From the NCBI RefSeq assembly GCF_009914755.1, contig NC_060928.1: a stretch of DNA of 64,000 nt. One strand, 5' to 3'. The stretch is from the human T2T-CHM13v2.0 reference genome, Homo sapiens. Positions 13,653 through 25,016 of the stretch are shown here, in pieces; within the stretch, counting starts at the first letter, position 1, and each line of letters opens with the position of its first letter. The translations under genes were made by a program, and so were the position numbers. Under the pieces are notes generated by a model that was given only the letters and a program-made list of their open reading frames with translations, was not told the origin of the DNA and ran no database searches.

Positions 13653-13670
13653 TGGTGAGGAAGCCAGTAA
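13653..13670 (+). other. Degenerate primer-binding site (tRNA-Arg type)
   Basis: TGGTGAGGAAGCCAGTAA lies 2 nt after the 5' LTR. It matches 13/18 of TGGCGAGCCAGCCAGGAG, the complement of the recalled tRNA-Arg(ACG) 3' end. Confidence 0.5.
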
Positions 13671-13705
13671 GTCAGAGCAAACCCCGTGAATGCCAAGATG
13701 ATAGC

Positions 13706-14089
13706 ATCAGGGAAGGGGAGATCCGTGGGGGAGACCCTGGGCTGGCTGTCCATGCCTATGATCAGGGAAGGGGAGATCCATGGGGGAGACCCTGGGCCGG
13801 CTGTCCATGCCTATGATCAGGGAAGGTGAGATCCGCGGGGGAGACACTGGGCTGGCTGTCCATGCCTATGATCAGGGAATGGGAGATCCATGGGGAAGAC
13901 CCTGGGCCGGCTGTCCATGCCTATGATCAGGGAAGGGGAGATCCGTGGGGGAGACCCTGGGCTGGCTGTCCATGCCTGTGATCAGGGAATGGAGATCCAC
14001 GGAGGAAACCCTGGGCCAGCTGTCCATGCCTATGATCAGGGAAGGGGACATCCACAGGGGAGACCCTGGGCTGGCTGTCCATGTCTATG
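13706..14089. repeat. Minisatellite, 55-bp unit x 7
   Basis: ATCAGGGAAGGGGAGATCCGTGGGGGAGACCCTGGGCTGGCTGTCCATGCCTATG starting at 13706, 13761, 13816, 13871, 13926, 13981 and 14035. Confidence 0.97.
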
Positions 14090-14652
14090 TGGGCCTTATA
14101 GCCACTATCCTTAATGGATGAGGCCAAATGAGTGAGTATGATAACCCCCTGAAAATGCTGAGAGGTCTGGAAGAGCTGTGGCAGGGGGCATATCTATCTA
14201 AGCAAGGTTAGATGCCCAAGTTTTGGCAGCCACAACGGGCGGCTGCTCCTGACTACACTCCAAACAGACACTGAGGCTCAGCTCACAGCACAGGCAAAGG
14301 TGCATCAAGTACAAGAAAATTTATGACCAGAAAGAGATACAAGATTATCTCAGGTTGAAACATCAGAGACTTACTGTCCTGCCTGCGAGAACAGGGCGGC
14401 AAAATGGAGACTCTGGATCATTGGGTAGCCCATTTGAAGGGTCGCTGACTGCCACATCTACTAGTCAGGACTATCATGACCCAATCATCCTGGGGCCCTA
14501 AGTCCTAGGGCCCCATGGAGAGCCCCGCTGGGAGGAGAGTGAGGACAAGGACTGAGATAAGCCCATAGAGGTTACCAGCCCCCGATGCACATCTAGTGGA
14601 CACCACCAAGATAAAGGCAGGCCAATCACGCCCTCAGGGAGTAGACCCACAA

Positions 14653-14833
14653 AACTCTCCCCTGCCTGAAAGATGGCAGCACGACAGTGCAAGGCAGCAC
14701 CACTGTGGAACTGTCTCCACTGCCTGAAAGATGGCAGCACAACACAGCACAGGGCGGCACCACTGTGGAACTGTCTCCCCTGCCTGAAAGATGGCAGCAT
14801 GACACAGCGCAGGGCAGCACCACTGTGGAACTG
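14653..14833. repeat. Minisatellite, 60-bp unit x 3
   Basis: CACTGTGGAACTG at 14701, 14761 and 14821. Shared CTGCCTGAAAGATGGCAGCA. Confidence 0.95.
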
Positions 14834-15075
14834 GTGGAGCTGGGAAATAGTTTCAGGAGGAGGGGGGAGAGCTGATCACGGGTGGCTTCTACCTCTAGGG
14901 GACATGAGGTGCTGTATCTCTGCATTTGAGGTGAGTGGAAAGGTGTCCACCACAATCCACCCGGTCCTGAGGCAGCACCGCTGCAGCTCCAGTAATGAGG
15001 ATTGAGCCATCCCCATGGTAGCTGGGTGGTTGTGGCTGCAAGGGGAATTGGCCAAATGAGTAAGACACCACCCCC

Positions 15076-15449
15076 ACCCCGTCTCCTCTGCAATGCCAGC
15101 CTACCACGAAAATGCCAGACATTCTCTGGGAATTAAGAAGGAAGCATATTGTCTATGCTGAGCAGACATCCCCACGTCTCCTCTGCAACGCCAGACTATG
15201 ACGAAAATGCCAGACATCCTCTGGGAATTAAGAAGGAAGCATCCTGTCTATGCTGAGCAGACATCCCCACGTCTCCTCTGCAATGCCAGACTGTGACGAA
15301 AATGCCAGACATCCTCTGGGAATTAAGAAGGAAGCATGCTGTCCGTGCTGAGCAGACATCCCCACGTCTCCTCTGCAACACCAGACTATGACGAAAGTGC
15401 CAGACATCCTCTGGGAATTAAGAAGGAAGCATGCTATCTATGCTGAGCA
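15076..15449. repeat. Minisatellite, 95-bp unit x ~4
   Basis: GTCTCCTCTGCAA at 15081, 15176, 15271 and 15366. Shared CTCTGGGAATTAAGAAGGAAGCAT. Confidence 0.95.
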
Positions 15450-15879
15450 CTATCTAGTTTCCAAAAATCAGCTTTTGTTCACTGGTGGCATGAAAGATGT
15501 CATCTTAGAGCCAGCATCCAGTCAGTGGTACGGTGTGCTAGTGTCTCTCCTGAACCCTTAGGCAGGACAGCCAGAGTCTCCAGTGGCCCGAGCAGCCACT
15601 GGCTTAGGAGACATGAAGAAACTGCATGGGCAAGGGGTGCATGCTACAAGGATGAAAGTCAAGGGCGCCAAAGGAAAGGGGGCAACCAAAGGGCCAGCAG
15701 GGTGACCCACTGGGTGTGACACTAGTCACTTGGTAATATGCAAAATATTGTCGCTCCCTCAAACATAAGAACAACGGGCCTTTACCATCTTCCCCTGGAA
15801 ATATCATCCCAGAGGGGGAGGGTACATGTGTTCCATTAACTTCGAGTGTTTTTCCAGCTTACAAACTGCAACAATCACC

Positions 15880-15971
15880 TTGCTGTCTCACTTGGAGAAC
15901 AGAGGATGGGTGGTCAACACAAAGTCCAGGGGCCAGGCTTATCAATCAAATACCTGGGTGTCATCTTGTTG
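15880..15971 (+). pseudogene. pol: Frameshifted ERVL reverse-transcriptase remnant (pol)
   Basis: Two frames join to give LLSHLENRGWVVN / KVQGPGLSIKYLGVI, resembling the class III RT region L..RGW.IN..KIQGP..SVKFLG. Confidence 0.7.
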
Positions 15972-16274
15972 GATGGTGTGCAGCAAACCTCTTTGCCGAC
16001 TGGGTGCAGATGGTGGCATCTCTCCAGAAAAAATCCAGACTGTTGGGTGTGCGAAGAGCTGTCCTCTCCACCGCAGGCCTGCCACTGAGCATGTAAGGTC
16101 AACTCCCAAGCACTTGGGAAAACGTTATGACTGTTATTGTATTTGTTATTCTGTTTTGTTGTAATTTGTGTTGCTGCTGTGAGATCTGGCTGCAATGTTC
16201 CTCCCCATACCTGGCCCAGGGAGGTCGTGGAGGAATGACACGGTGAGAATGTGAGCGGCATTCCAGGGTCTGCT

Positions 16275-16285
16275 GGGGAGGAGGG
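16275..16285 (+). other. Polypurine tract before the 3' LTR
   Basis: GGGGAGGAGGG abuts the LTR start. Confidence 0.6.
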
Positions 16286-18862
16286 TACGGTAGACACACC
16301 TGACAGGAATAACTTAATTTAAGCATACCCTGAGCATGCAGGCTCACCTAGTCTGTATAGACTGCATGCTTTTTATAAATGGTAGCAGTTCTGCTGTCCA
16401 TGTCCAGCCTCCCACCAGTGGACTGCCCTGTATGTAAGTCCCCTCAGTAAACTCTCTGTCTCATTCACTGGCTCCAGGTCTCTTCTTCAGTCTCTTGAAC
16501 TTGGTGCCATCCTTACTGAAGACAACAGGGATGCAGCATGGTAAGACCTCCTTTAGACAATAGAAGAAAAAAATTGAGGACTGAAAAAAATGAGAAGCCT
16601 GACTAAATAAAAATTATATCTAGGAATCTGTTGTTTTGTTGGTAAAACAAGATTGTTCCAATATTTTTCATGTTTAAATGAATACCTAAAAATGCTATGA
16701 CTAAAAGAAATACAAACTTCAAGGTATATTGTTAATATTCTTCTTCCTCTTGATAATTAGTTCCTGGAAATTTCCAATCAGCTTTGTATTTGAAGAAAAG
16801 AACTATGCATATTTATATTAACAGAAAGAGAAACCAGTAAAATAGAATTAATTGAAAATGGTAACATTTCTTCTAATATATATTTTTAAATGTTTGAAGT
16901 GATATTAAGAGAAAGTTTAATGTAGCAATGGCCATTTAACCTAACACTCATGGTGACTTCCTTATGGCAATCTGAACTTGCTAGACAAGGGCAACAAGTT
17001 CTGCGTTCAGTATCCAATTTGGGATTCCTCTGTCATACCTCTCCTTCACCTGTGCTTTTCCAGATATTGTTTCTAGAGAAGTTTCGCATGGAAGGAACTT
17101 TGTCTTATGTAAATGAGAGGAAATGGGTCTCACATCAATGTCATTTTGCATATGACATGTGGGCATATTTTACCTTCAACAGAACAAATGCTTTCTTTTT
17201 TTTTACTTCTTTATCTACAATTATGAACTATAGGGAGAGTTTCAGACACTGGCAAATATAGCAACAAAACTGAAAATGCATTTAGTATACCTTCTAGCAC
17301 TTAAGTTAGAGGTTACAAGAGAGCAGGCCTCAGAGTCCGAGAGATTTCAGTTCCACCTGAAATGCTGAAAATCGTTCTGGAGAGTGAATAGGTGAGTGTG
17401 TTGCATCCCTGTCCTGGTTTCAGTTCTCTTGGAAGTTATGTGAGGATCTGGTCTCACACCTTACCCCGAGAGAGCCCTGAAGGGCCCAGGATGTCCACAA
17501 AGAAGCTGAGGGGGCTGGACATGCACCTGGCAGAGGCCTCCACAGCCCCTGTGAAGCCTGCTGTGGACTCACTTCAATCAAGCATCCTCACCACCTTCTC
17601 CAATTTTCATCACCTCCCTTGAAAGAAACACAGTTTATTACTCTCATAGCAGCCTTCACGGTGTATGAGCTGGAAACAGACCGTGCAAGACTCTCTAGGG
17701 TGTAAACAGTCTATTCTTATGCTTCTCTGAGTATTTGGAGGAAAAGAACCAGATTTGGAGGAGGTTGGTTGGTTTCTTGTTTGGTTTTGTTTTTCCTAAT
17801 CTATTGTAGACCAACACTATTAAAAACTACAAAATAAATGAATTGCTAAAACAGACCACATTTTTACTTCACATGGCAACATCAAATTTCTTTACAAGTT
17901 TCTAAATGGTCAGTTTCTGGACTTATCATTCCTAATGTTAGGTCCCCAGATCCACAAAGGACTCCTGGTCACTGTCTCCAGATCATTCTTTGAATAGCAC
18001 TGGTCTAGTCCAAAGCTGCCTGGTTAGAGGGTCCCCGCCCTACTAGAGGAAGAAGGGGCAGGCCACAGCAGCAGGGCACAGCCAGGGCCTGCCCACTGCC
18101 AGGTGTGCTTCGTCTGAGAGACGTGGCGTGTGTCCACACTGCACACCACAGAGGTGGCTTCAGTGCCATAAATGTAGAGAGAGTCAAGTCTCCATGGCAC
18201 AATCCATCATAGCAAATTTTTCCATCAGAGCCTGTCTTCTAACCAAGGCTACAAAGTCAATATTCCTACAGGGGTAACAGTTTCTTGCATTTTTCCCTAT
18301 CATAACATTTTCATATCATAACACAGTCATAAAAATAATTAATTCCACAAGGCATTCATCTCATTTATATCTTGATTGACATTTGAAACCCCTAACCAAG
18401 ATCCATAAAGAATTTTTTCCTCCCCTTTCTCAAATTTTAACATTTAGTTCTCATCCAGAAAATAACATAAGGGTTCTACTATATTTGTAGGTTTAATCAG
18501 CCAATTGCTTTGCACACCTGAAGTTAAGAAGAATTGATCAATTCCTAATTTCTACTGGAGCAAAAACTATGATGAAAAATCAATAGTTTAAAATGTTTAA
18601 ATCACTGTTTAAAATACTACCTTATAGAGCAAACAGAATGTAGGGATTCTACACCTGACACACACCAACTAGAAAAAAAAGTATAAATCCCCATTCAGAC
18701 GTATGTGAAATCACTGCCTTTGCACAGACCATTCTTTGACGGGCATTTGTGAAGCCCAAGCCCACAGCAAAGGTCAGGCCTTCTCTTTGCCTTCAAATGT
18801 TAGCAGGACCTCAAAACAAATACACAGCTTCCATACTGAGCCAACTCACCCTTCTTCTAGGC

Positions 18863-19071
18863 CAGTGGTTCTCCAACGGGCACAATTTTGCCCACAGGGG
18901 ACATTTGACAAAGCTTGAAGATATTTTAGTTGTCACAACTGGGAGAATACTACTGGCCCATGGTGGGTAAAGACCAGGATGCTGCCAAACATCTTACCAT
19001 GGACAGTGAGGCCTCATAACAGAGGATGTGCCAGCCCAGAAGGCCTGTAGAAGTGAGGCTGAGAAATCCTG
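18863..19071 (+). mobile_element. MER20 (hAT-Charlie)
   Basis: Termini CAGTGGTTCTC...GAGAAATCCTG. 8-bp TSD TTCTAGGC/TCCTAGGC. Confidence 0.9.
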
Positions 19072-19135
19072 TCCTAGGCTGTGCACAGCCACGTTCTCAA
19101 TAAAAACTAGATATTCTCACTATTTCAACTGGAAA

Positions 19136-19329
19136 CCGGTGGTGTGCTGGAGCCAGCTCGTGCCGGCTCATGAGAGCCCGCTGTGCGAAGCTTCCCATTG
19201 CCATTTTTAGGGACATCGTGTTGGGAACAAAAAGTGGGTCAATATTTAGACCACGGAAATTGACAAATGCTACAAAGCACAGCCTTTTTCAGGGAGTGAC
19301 GTGTTACAGGTTTTTCAGTGTATCACTGG
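19136..19329 (+). mobile_element. MER63-like hAT element
   Basis: Termini CCGGTGGTGTGCTGGAGCCAGCTC...CAGTGTATCACTGG. Confidence 0.75.
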
Positions 19330-19543
19330 GTGCAGCCCTCCCCAGTGGGAGTAATATGGACTGGTGGACTCTAATTTCTGCTCCACCTGTTGTCTCTCAC
19401 TTCTTGGATCATTAGCAAAGTGCCACTGATCACACAGGATGATAAGGGCATGCTCTCACTCAGACAGTTGTTCAGTTTCTCCAAAGTGAAAGTTCACCTC
19501 TGCACAGAAGAGAATGGATTGTCCAAAGCCCCCACATCACATT

Positions 19544-19569
19544 ACACACACACACACACACACACACAC
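19544..19569. repeat. (CA)n microsatellite
   Basis: Direct reading. Confidence 0.95.
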
Positions 19570-20314
19570 GTGAGTACACACATGCACACTTTCTCACTGA
19601 GGCTGCAGGACTCAGGAGAATTTACATGGAAAATATCCACAACTTTCCCCAGGTAAGAGAGTTGGCTAATCCCCTGGGTTAGCCAGTCCAGGCCATGCCC
19701 ACTTGTAGATTTCCTTACATGCAGCAAACCCATTTCCCTTAGTGTTTAATCTTATTCTCATTGGACTTTCTATTACATGAAGCCAAAATCTCCCTGCTAC
19801 AACTTCTAGAATAAAACTGCAATGTTCTTGTGAAACATTTTTTAAAAGGCATACTCTTTATTTCATTTCTCAGATTTTTAATCAGAATTCTAAAGTATAA
19901 TTTTTTTCTGAATAGAAGCAAAAAAAAAAAAAAAAAAAAGCAAAACCTATGACCCAAGATCATTCCGTTCCCATTATGCCAATCCTCAACATGGATTGGT
20001 GCCTCCAGGAACCAACGTTCTGTGTGGTGTCTGCGGAGGGAGGACGAGCTGGTTAGCAAAGCCTGCTCTATTTTCCTATTACATCAGATGCTCTTTTATT
20101 TGATTACACTCAAGAGACGGTAGAATGTAACAAACACATCAGTTTAATATGTATGGATGGTCAAGATGAAACAAGTTCCTGCAGCTTCTTCCTCACTGAT
20201 TGCAACTGAAAGCTCTGGGCAAAATCAGAAAGCAACTGCTCAAGAGCTCCAGACATCCACAAAAGCAGACAGACTGGGAAGGGAATAAAAACTCGGGGAG
20301 GCAACCCATAGAGG

Positions 20315-20670
20315 GGTATACTAACGTGCTAGAGTCATTGCAGATGGCCACAGACTGGCTGGCAATGGAAATCTACTCTCTCACGGTGTTGAAAACTGGA
20401 GTCCAAGATTCAGGTGTGCAGGTGCTTCTTCCAAGGCTTCTGGCCCTGGCTTGCAGGTGGCGTCTTCGCTCTGTGCCTCCTGCAGTATGTGTGTCGTGTT
20501 CCAGTCTCCTCTTCCCATCAGGGCACAGGCCAGATTGCGGCCCCTGATGCCCTCATGTTACCTCAATCACGTCTTTAAAGCTGCTGTTTCCAAATACAGT
20601 CACACTCTCAGATACTGGGGCTGGGGCTTCATTTTGTGAGTTTCAAGGGGGACACGATTCAGTCCATATA
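20315..20670 (-). mobile_element. MLT1B-like MaLR LTR
   Basis: GAGTCCAAGATTCAGG...TCCAAATACAGTCACACTCTCAGATACTGGGG...GGGGGACACGATTCAGTCCAT. Confidence 0.75.
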
Positions 20671-20837
20671 AAGGAAGTGCTTCCTTTGAGGGGTTAGTTT
20701 TTTTGTTTTTTGGCTCTCCCCAGTGGAGCGCCAGCTGTGGTGGCACAAGCAGCTAATTCCCAGGAGAAATCCAGTGTCTGTGGCCAGAAGAAAAAAGGAT
20801 CCTGTCTTCAAAGCGTGGGGGGAAGAAATTGTGTGTG

Positions 20838-21075
20838 TTCTCTCAATCCCCGTCTCTCCCGCCCCTCTTCCTCCCTCCTCTGCTCCGCTTTTCCTGTCTC
20901 CTTCCTCTCGCCCCTCTTTCCCCAGCTCTTCTGTCCCTCTCTTTTTCCCTCCCCACTTCTTTTCCCTCCTCCCTTTCTCTTCTCTCCCCTTTCTCTCCCT
21001 ACTCTCCCTCCCCAGCTTCCTTTCCCTCCATCTTCCTCCTTCTCCCTCTCCCTCCTTCTCTCTCTCTTCTTGTCA
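20838..21075. repeat. CT-rich polypyrimidine low-complexity tract
   Basis: About 240 bp, almost exclusively C/T on the + strand. Confidence 0.9.
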
Positions 21076-21455
21076 CGTTTCCCTTTAGGTGGCACCAGTT
21101 ATAGAGCCACATCTGTGTGGTGCCTCAGGGCAAGGACTTTAAAAGAAACCCCTTCCTTCTGGCCAAAGGATCAGGAGAAGGAGCCCCTGTAAGCTAGGGA
21201 GGTGGGGGGAGCCCTTAGAGGAGAGAGCTGCAGAATGGGCTTGTCTGGCTCTGTGTGTAGCACCCCCACAGTCCTGGTCCCAACCCCCCCAGCTGTTTGT
21301 GCACAGGACAAAATCAGAGCCACCAGGGCAGCTTAGCAAAGGCCTTGGGACCCGCCCACGCACAGGGAGACAGAACTTGCCCTCTGAGCCAAGCCACATG
21401 GATTTGCCTGCGGGGAAAAAATAAACAACATTCCCCGAGGGGTTTTTAACAAGGC

Positions 21456-22003
21456 TGCATTCCTTCTAGTTTCTTATATTCTGTGTTCTTGATGCCTTGG
21501 CATCTGGGGCCTTGCTGACCTGGGACAGACTACCCCTCCCAGGGTTAACTGATTCCTAGAGATAGCAAACAACTCACCTGTGAGCACAGCCTTCAGGGGA
21601 AACCAACCAAGCTGGAGTCAGCCCACCCCCACCTCCCCTGTCTGGCCCTTGAGCACCAAACACATTTGCCCCTTCCCTGATCGTCTCAGGGCCAGGTGCC
21701 CAACAACTCAGGTGGCCCCCAACCCAGAGCCTGCTGAAAGCATTCAAACTGGCCAGTCCTAAGTCAGCATACGCTGCCTCGCCCATTCCTTCCTGCAGAT
21801 CCCATGATGAAGGTGCCTGCCACCTTCTCCTCCCTTTCCTTCTGTCCATGACCAACCCTTGTGCTTTCATGGTGTCCCTGCATGTGGAGGCACACCCCAC
21901 CTCTTGAGAGCTGTGAGCAGCAAATTATATTTTGGATGGCAATTGTGACTTCCTTTGGTGGCCTCACCATACCTGGATAATAATAAAACTTACACTTTAA
22001 AAT
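21456..22003 (+). mobile_element. MER74A-like ERVL solo LTR
   Basis: GGCATCTGGGGCCTTGCTGACC, TTCCTAGAGATAGCAAAC, GGCCTCACCATACCTGGATAATAATAAAAC. Confidence 0.8.
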
Positions 22004-22277
22004 GAAGACCCAGAGCTTACACAAAATCATGTCGAAAATGACCATGATGCAACTGAAAATTAATTGACATATAAATCACCAGGAAAATGTGACCAGTTCT
22101 CAAGAGAGAAGATCCCAAGCCTGAAAAGACCCAATGTCAAAGTTATCCCCAAAAGACTCTGAAGCGACGCTCGCATACTTGTGCTCAGTGAGATGAAGGT
22201 AAGTGCCCTTCACACGAGTGGAAAGATTGACTATATCATCAGAGAAATAGAAACTGTAAAAAATAACCCAACAGAGC

Positions 22278-22460
22278 TCGGAGCCACCAGAATCTGGAAG
22301 AGGCGAGGAAGGGCTCTCTTCTGGAGCCTCGAGAGCGAGCACGGCCCTGCTGCACCTGACTCCACACTTCCAGCCCCCAGCACCGGGAGAGGGGAAACTG
22401 CTGTTTTTTTTAGATGCTGAATTTGTAGTATTTGTTGTGCCACCACGGGAAACCAGTGCA
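22278..22460 (+). mobile_element. MLT1C/D 3' fragment
   Basis: GCCACCAGAATCTGGAAGAGGCGAGGAAG...GCACGGCCCTGC...TTTGTAGTATTTGTTG...GGAAACCAGTGCA. Confidence 0.7.
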
Positions 22461-22859
22461 GCAGGGAAAGCCCTGTAAATAACCGACATATGGAGGCCAC
22501 GATGCCAGGGCCATGCGCCCAGCAGCAACTCAGCAGTGTTGTTTCTCTTCCTGGAGCAGGAACGATGAGGACGGCATAGTGTGGCCAGGGTCCAGGACAG
22601 CCGCTGACGCCAGATCCCCCATAAGTAACATCTACCCTCAGGGACGTGTCTGCACCAGTGAGACTGCTGCTCTGGATTCGGGAGTGAGCGCATACTTCAT
22701 TCTCTTTCTTTATTCCATTTTGTTCATCTCTTCTGTGAAGTGCCGGTTGAAATATTATTCCATTTGTTGAACCACAAAAAGAATTGAATAGGCTGTCTGG
22801 GAGATTCTGAAGTTCTCTAGGAGTCGTTTTTTAGCCGTGTAAATTCCCTTTCGCTCTAG

Positions 22860-23265
22860 ATATTTATCGTAAGACCACAGTGAAGAAGCGCAGAAAACCT
22901 GAAGTGCAAGTGCTCAGCACAGCGTTATTTATGGTAGCAGAAATATTAAAAATAAATTAAATAACCAACTTTGAGGATTGGTTAAATACATTTCAGTAGA
23001 CCCATACCAAAAGATGCTCTGCAGCCATTAATCAGTGCTGCTGCTAGTAATGTGCTTGTTAGTTACATTATTACCTAGAAAATTTATTTTAAAATATTAT
23101 GAACAGTTTTTTTTTCACAATATTGTACAAAATAGAAATGTCTCTGATTCTACAACAAAATATCAACAGTAATTTCCTCTGGGTATAAAATTACAAGTTA
23201 ACTTTTTATTTCTCTATGCTTATTGTCTAATATTTTAAAAAATTAACATACATTATTTATGAAAT
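22860..23265 (+). mobile_element. L1ME-type 3' fragment
   Basis: CACAGCGTTATTTATGGTAGCAGAAA, GGATTGGTTAAATA, TGCAGCCATTAA, AACAGTAATTTCCTCTGGG. Confidence 0.6.
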
Positions 23266-24894
23266 TTAAGAGGTATTTAGAACCAAATTTTTAGAAAATT
23301 ATAGACACATGAATTGTGCATTTTACCGAAAGCTATTCATGGGTTCCACTAAATGTCCTGAGGTGATTTTTATGTACTTTTCGGGATCTGGGCGACTGGA
23401 AATGTCTTTCTGGTTTTAGTGTCTCCTTGTTAAAATAGTGGGGACTTTACACACTGGTAGCTCGTTACGTGCTCCATCTGAGAAGCTGCTAATTCCCTGA
23501 GTGCCCTGAAATACAATAATCAGAATACAGTTACTAGGCAAAAGCACCTTCAGCATTTTTTCAGGAAAACCTGTACAACTTTCACTAAAAGTTACATTGT
23601 ATGACTCAAATCAGGTGTATGGTTTATAATGAGACCCACTTCAGATCACACAATTAAATGAAGTCAGCCACTCACCTTTTCAACGTCCAGGCCTATCACA
23701 GGACTACATAGTTATTGCCACAGTTCTGTCAATCTAAAGGGTTAATATAATCATGGCTCAATTACCAAGTTCATGAAAATTTAGCAAATATAAACATACA
23801 TTCCCTTAACAACACTCAGTACCTTAACTGCGGCGACAGTCAACAAAATGCTCTTGTGTGGTTTTGTGTTGCTTTTTGCACTATTACAAATAACAAAACT
23901 ACTTTGGAGAAGTTTTTTAAAGTTTACAAATAACTGGCAATTTGGGAAACTTTTCAATGCATAACTTTATAAAAAACAAATAAAGACTCATAATAAATTA
24001 ATATGTTGAATTAGGTCTAAAGTAGATGGGATTACATTAAAATCTCACTTCATTTTATTAAAAATTCAATAAAACAGTGCCAATTAAATGAGGCAATTGG
24101 TAAGAACAAGGAGATTACTTGATGTTCCATACATTCTCCCTCATTATGAAGTTTCACTTTTAACAGCTTGTTGACAGTGAGTCTCTCCTGACAGTAGCAG
24201 GGCTAGAACCTTGAGTCAGCTTTGCAATCGACTTGTAGAAAAACCCTCAGATTGCCAGTTAGCACATCTGCCTCTCTAGGTAATTGAATTCTTATTGAAA
24301 ATACATCATTGGCGATGTATTAGAAATAGCGGGAGAAAGAATGAAGTTAGTAGGTGGAAACACTAAAAATTGAGACAAAAGAACGGCATGAGGCATAAGA
24401 AAATAATTTAGAAAGTTGTCACTTGCTGTAAGTTCTATTGCATTTCAACTGGGAGATTAGCTCCCAAAAGACTAATCTATTCCCATTTTACTTTTGTGCC
24501 ACAGGCTGCAGTTTCAAGAGGTGTGGTGAGCTTCCTGGGCCTGCTGACTTCAGTGTCACATCCCAGAGCTTCGTCTACTGAAACACCCGGCTAATGGACG
24601 CAGCCACGCATCGTAACAGTCCGCCCACCAAGCCTCAGGTGGCTTGGCTCTTTACAGAAATTCACAATCATTCCACATGACAGCCCACCGGCATCTGAGG
24701 TGCCAGCAAAAGCCATATTATTTTGCTAATATCTAACAATTCAGAGGCAGATGTCACAGCAGATATTCCATAGTTTTTGAGTCTTCATTGCGGTTTCTTG
24801 ATATCGTGGACAAAGACTCAGGGAAGGCCTGAGCCTCACTGACCAGGCTCTGGATTTTGAGTGTGCTTTCCCCAACCTTCAGAGCTTCAGGCCC

Positions 24895-25016
24895 TTTTTG
24901 TGCTTTATGTAAGCCCAGATACTGTTAAAATATCCTACAAGACACAGGAAAGCCCCCTGTGACCAGGAATTATGCAACCAAAAATGTCAATAGTGCTGAG
25001 CTTGAGACATCCTGGG
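24895..25016 (+). mobile_element. MER20 3' half
   Basis: ATCCTACAAGACACAGGAAAGCCCCC...AAAATGTCAATAGTGCTGAG...GAGACATCCTG. Confidence 0.7.

Larger units (their letters stand above)
13406..16543 (+). mobile_element. Internally deleted two-LTR ERVL-class provirus (LTR32-like LTRs)
   Basis: Direct repeats at 13406-13650 and ~16284-16543. PBS-like TGGTGAGGAAGCCAG after the 5' LTR and a purine tract before the 3' LTR. RT remnant inside. Degenerate 5-bp TSD AGATG/AGACC. Confidence 0.8.
20150..22277 (+). mobile_element. Ancient L1M 5'/ORF1 fragment interrupted by nested LTRs
   Basis: L1 5'-like CAAGATG start. ORF1-like KIDYIIREIETVKNN near 22220-22270. Split by MLT1B-like and MER74A-like LTRs. Confidence 0.5.

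Noticed and set aside
20710-22693. 160-aa and 197-aa ORFs
   Set aside because: They are translations of a CT low-complexity tract and of MLT1/L1 remnants.
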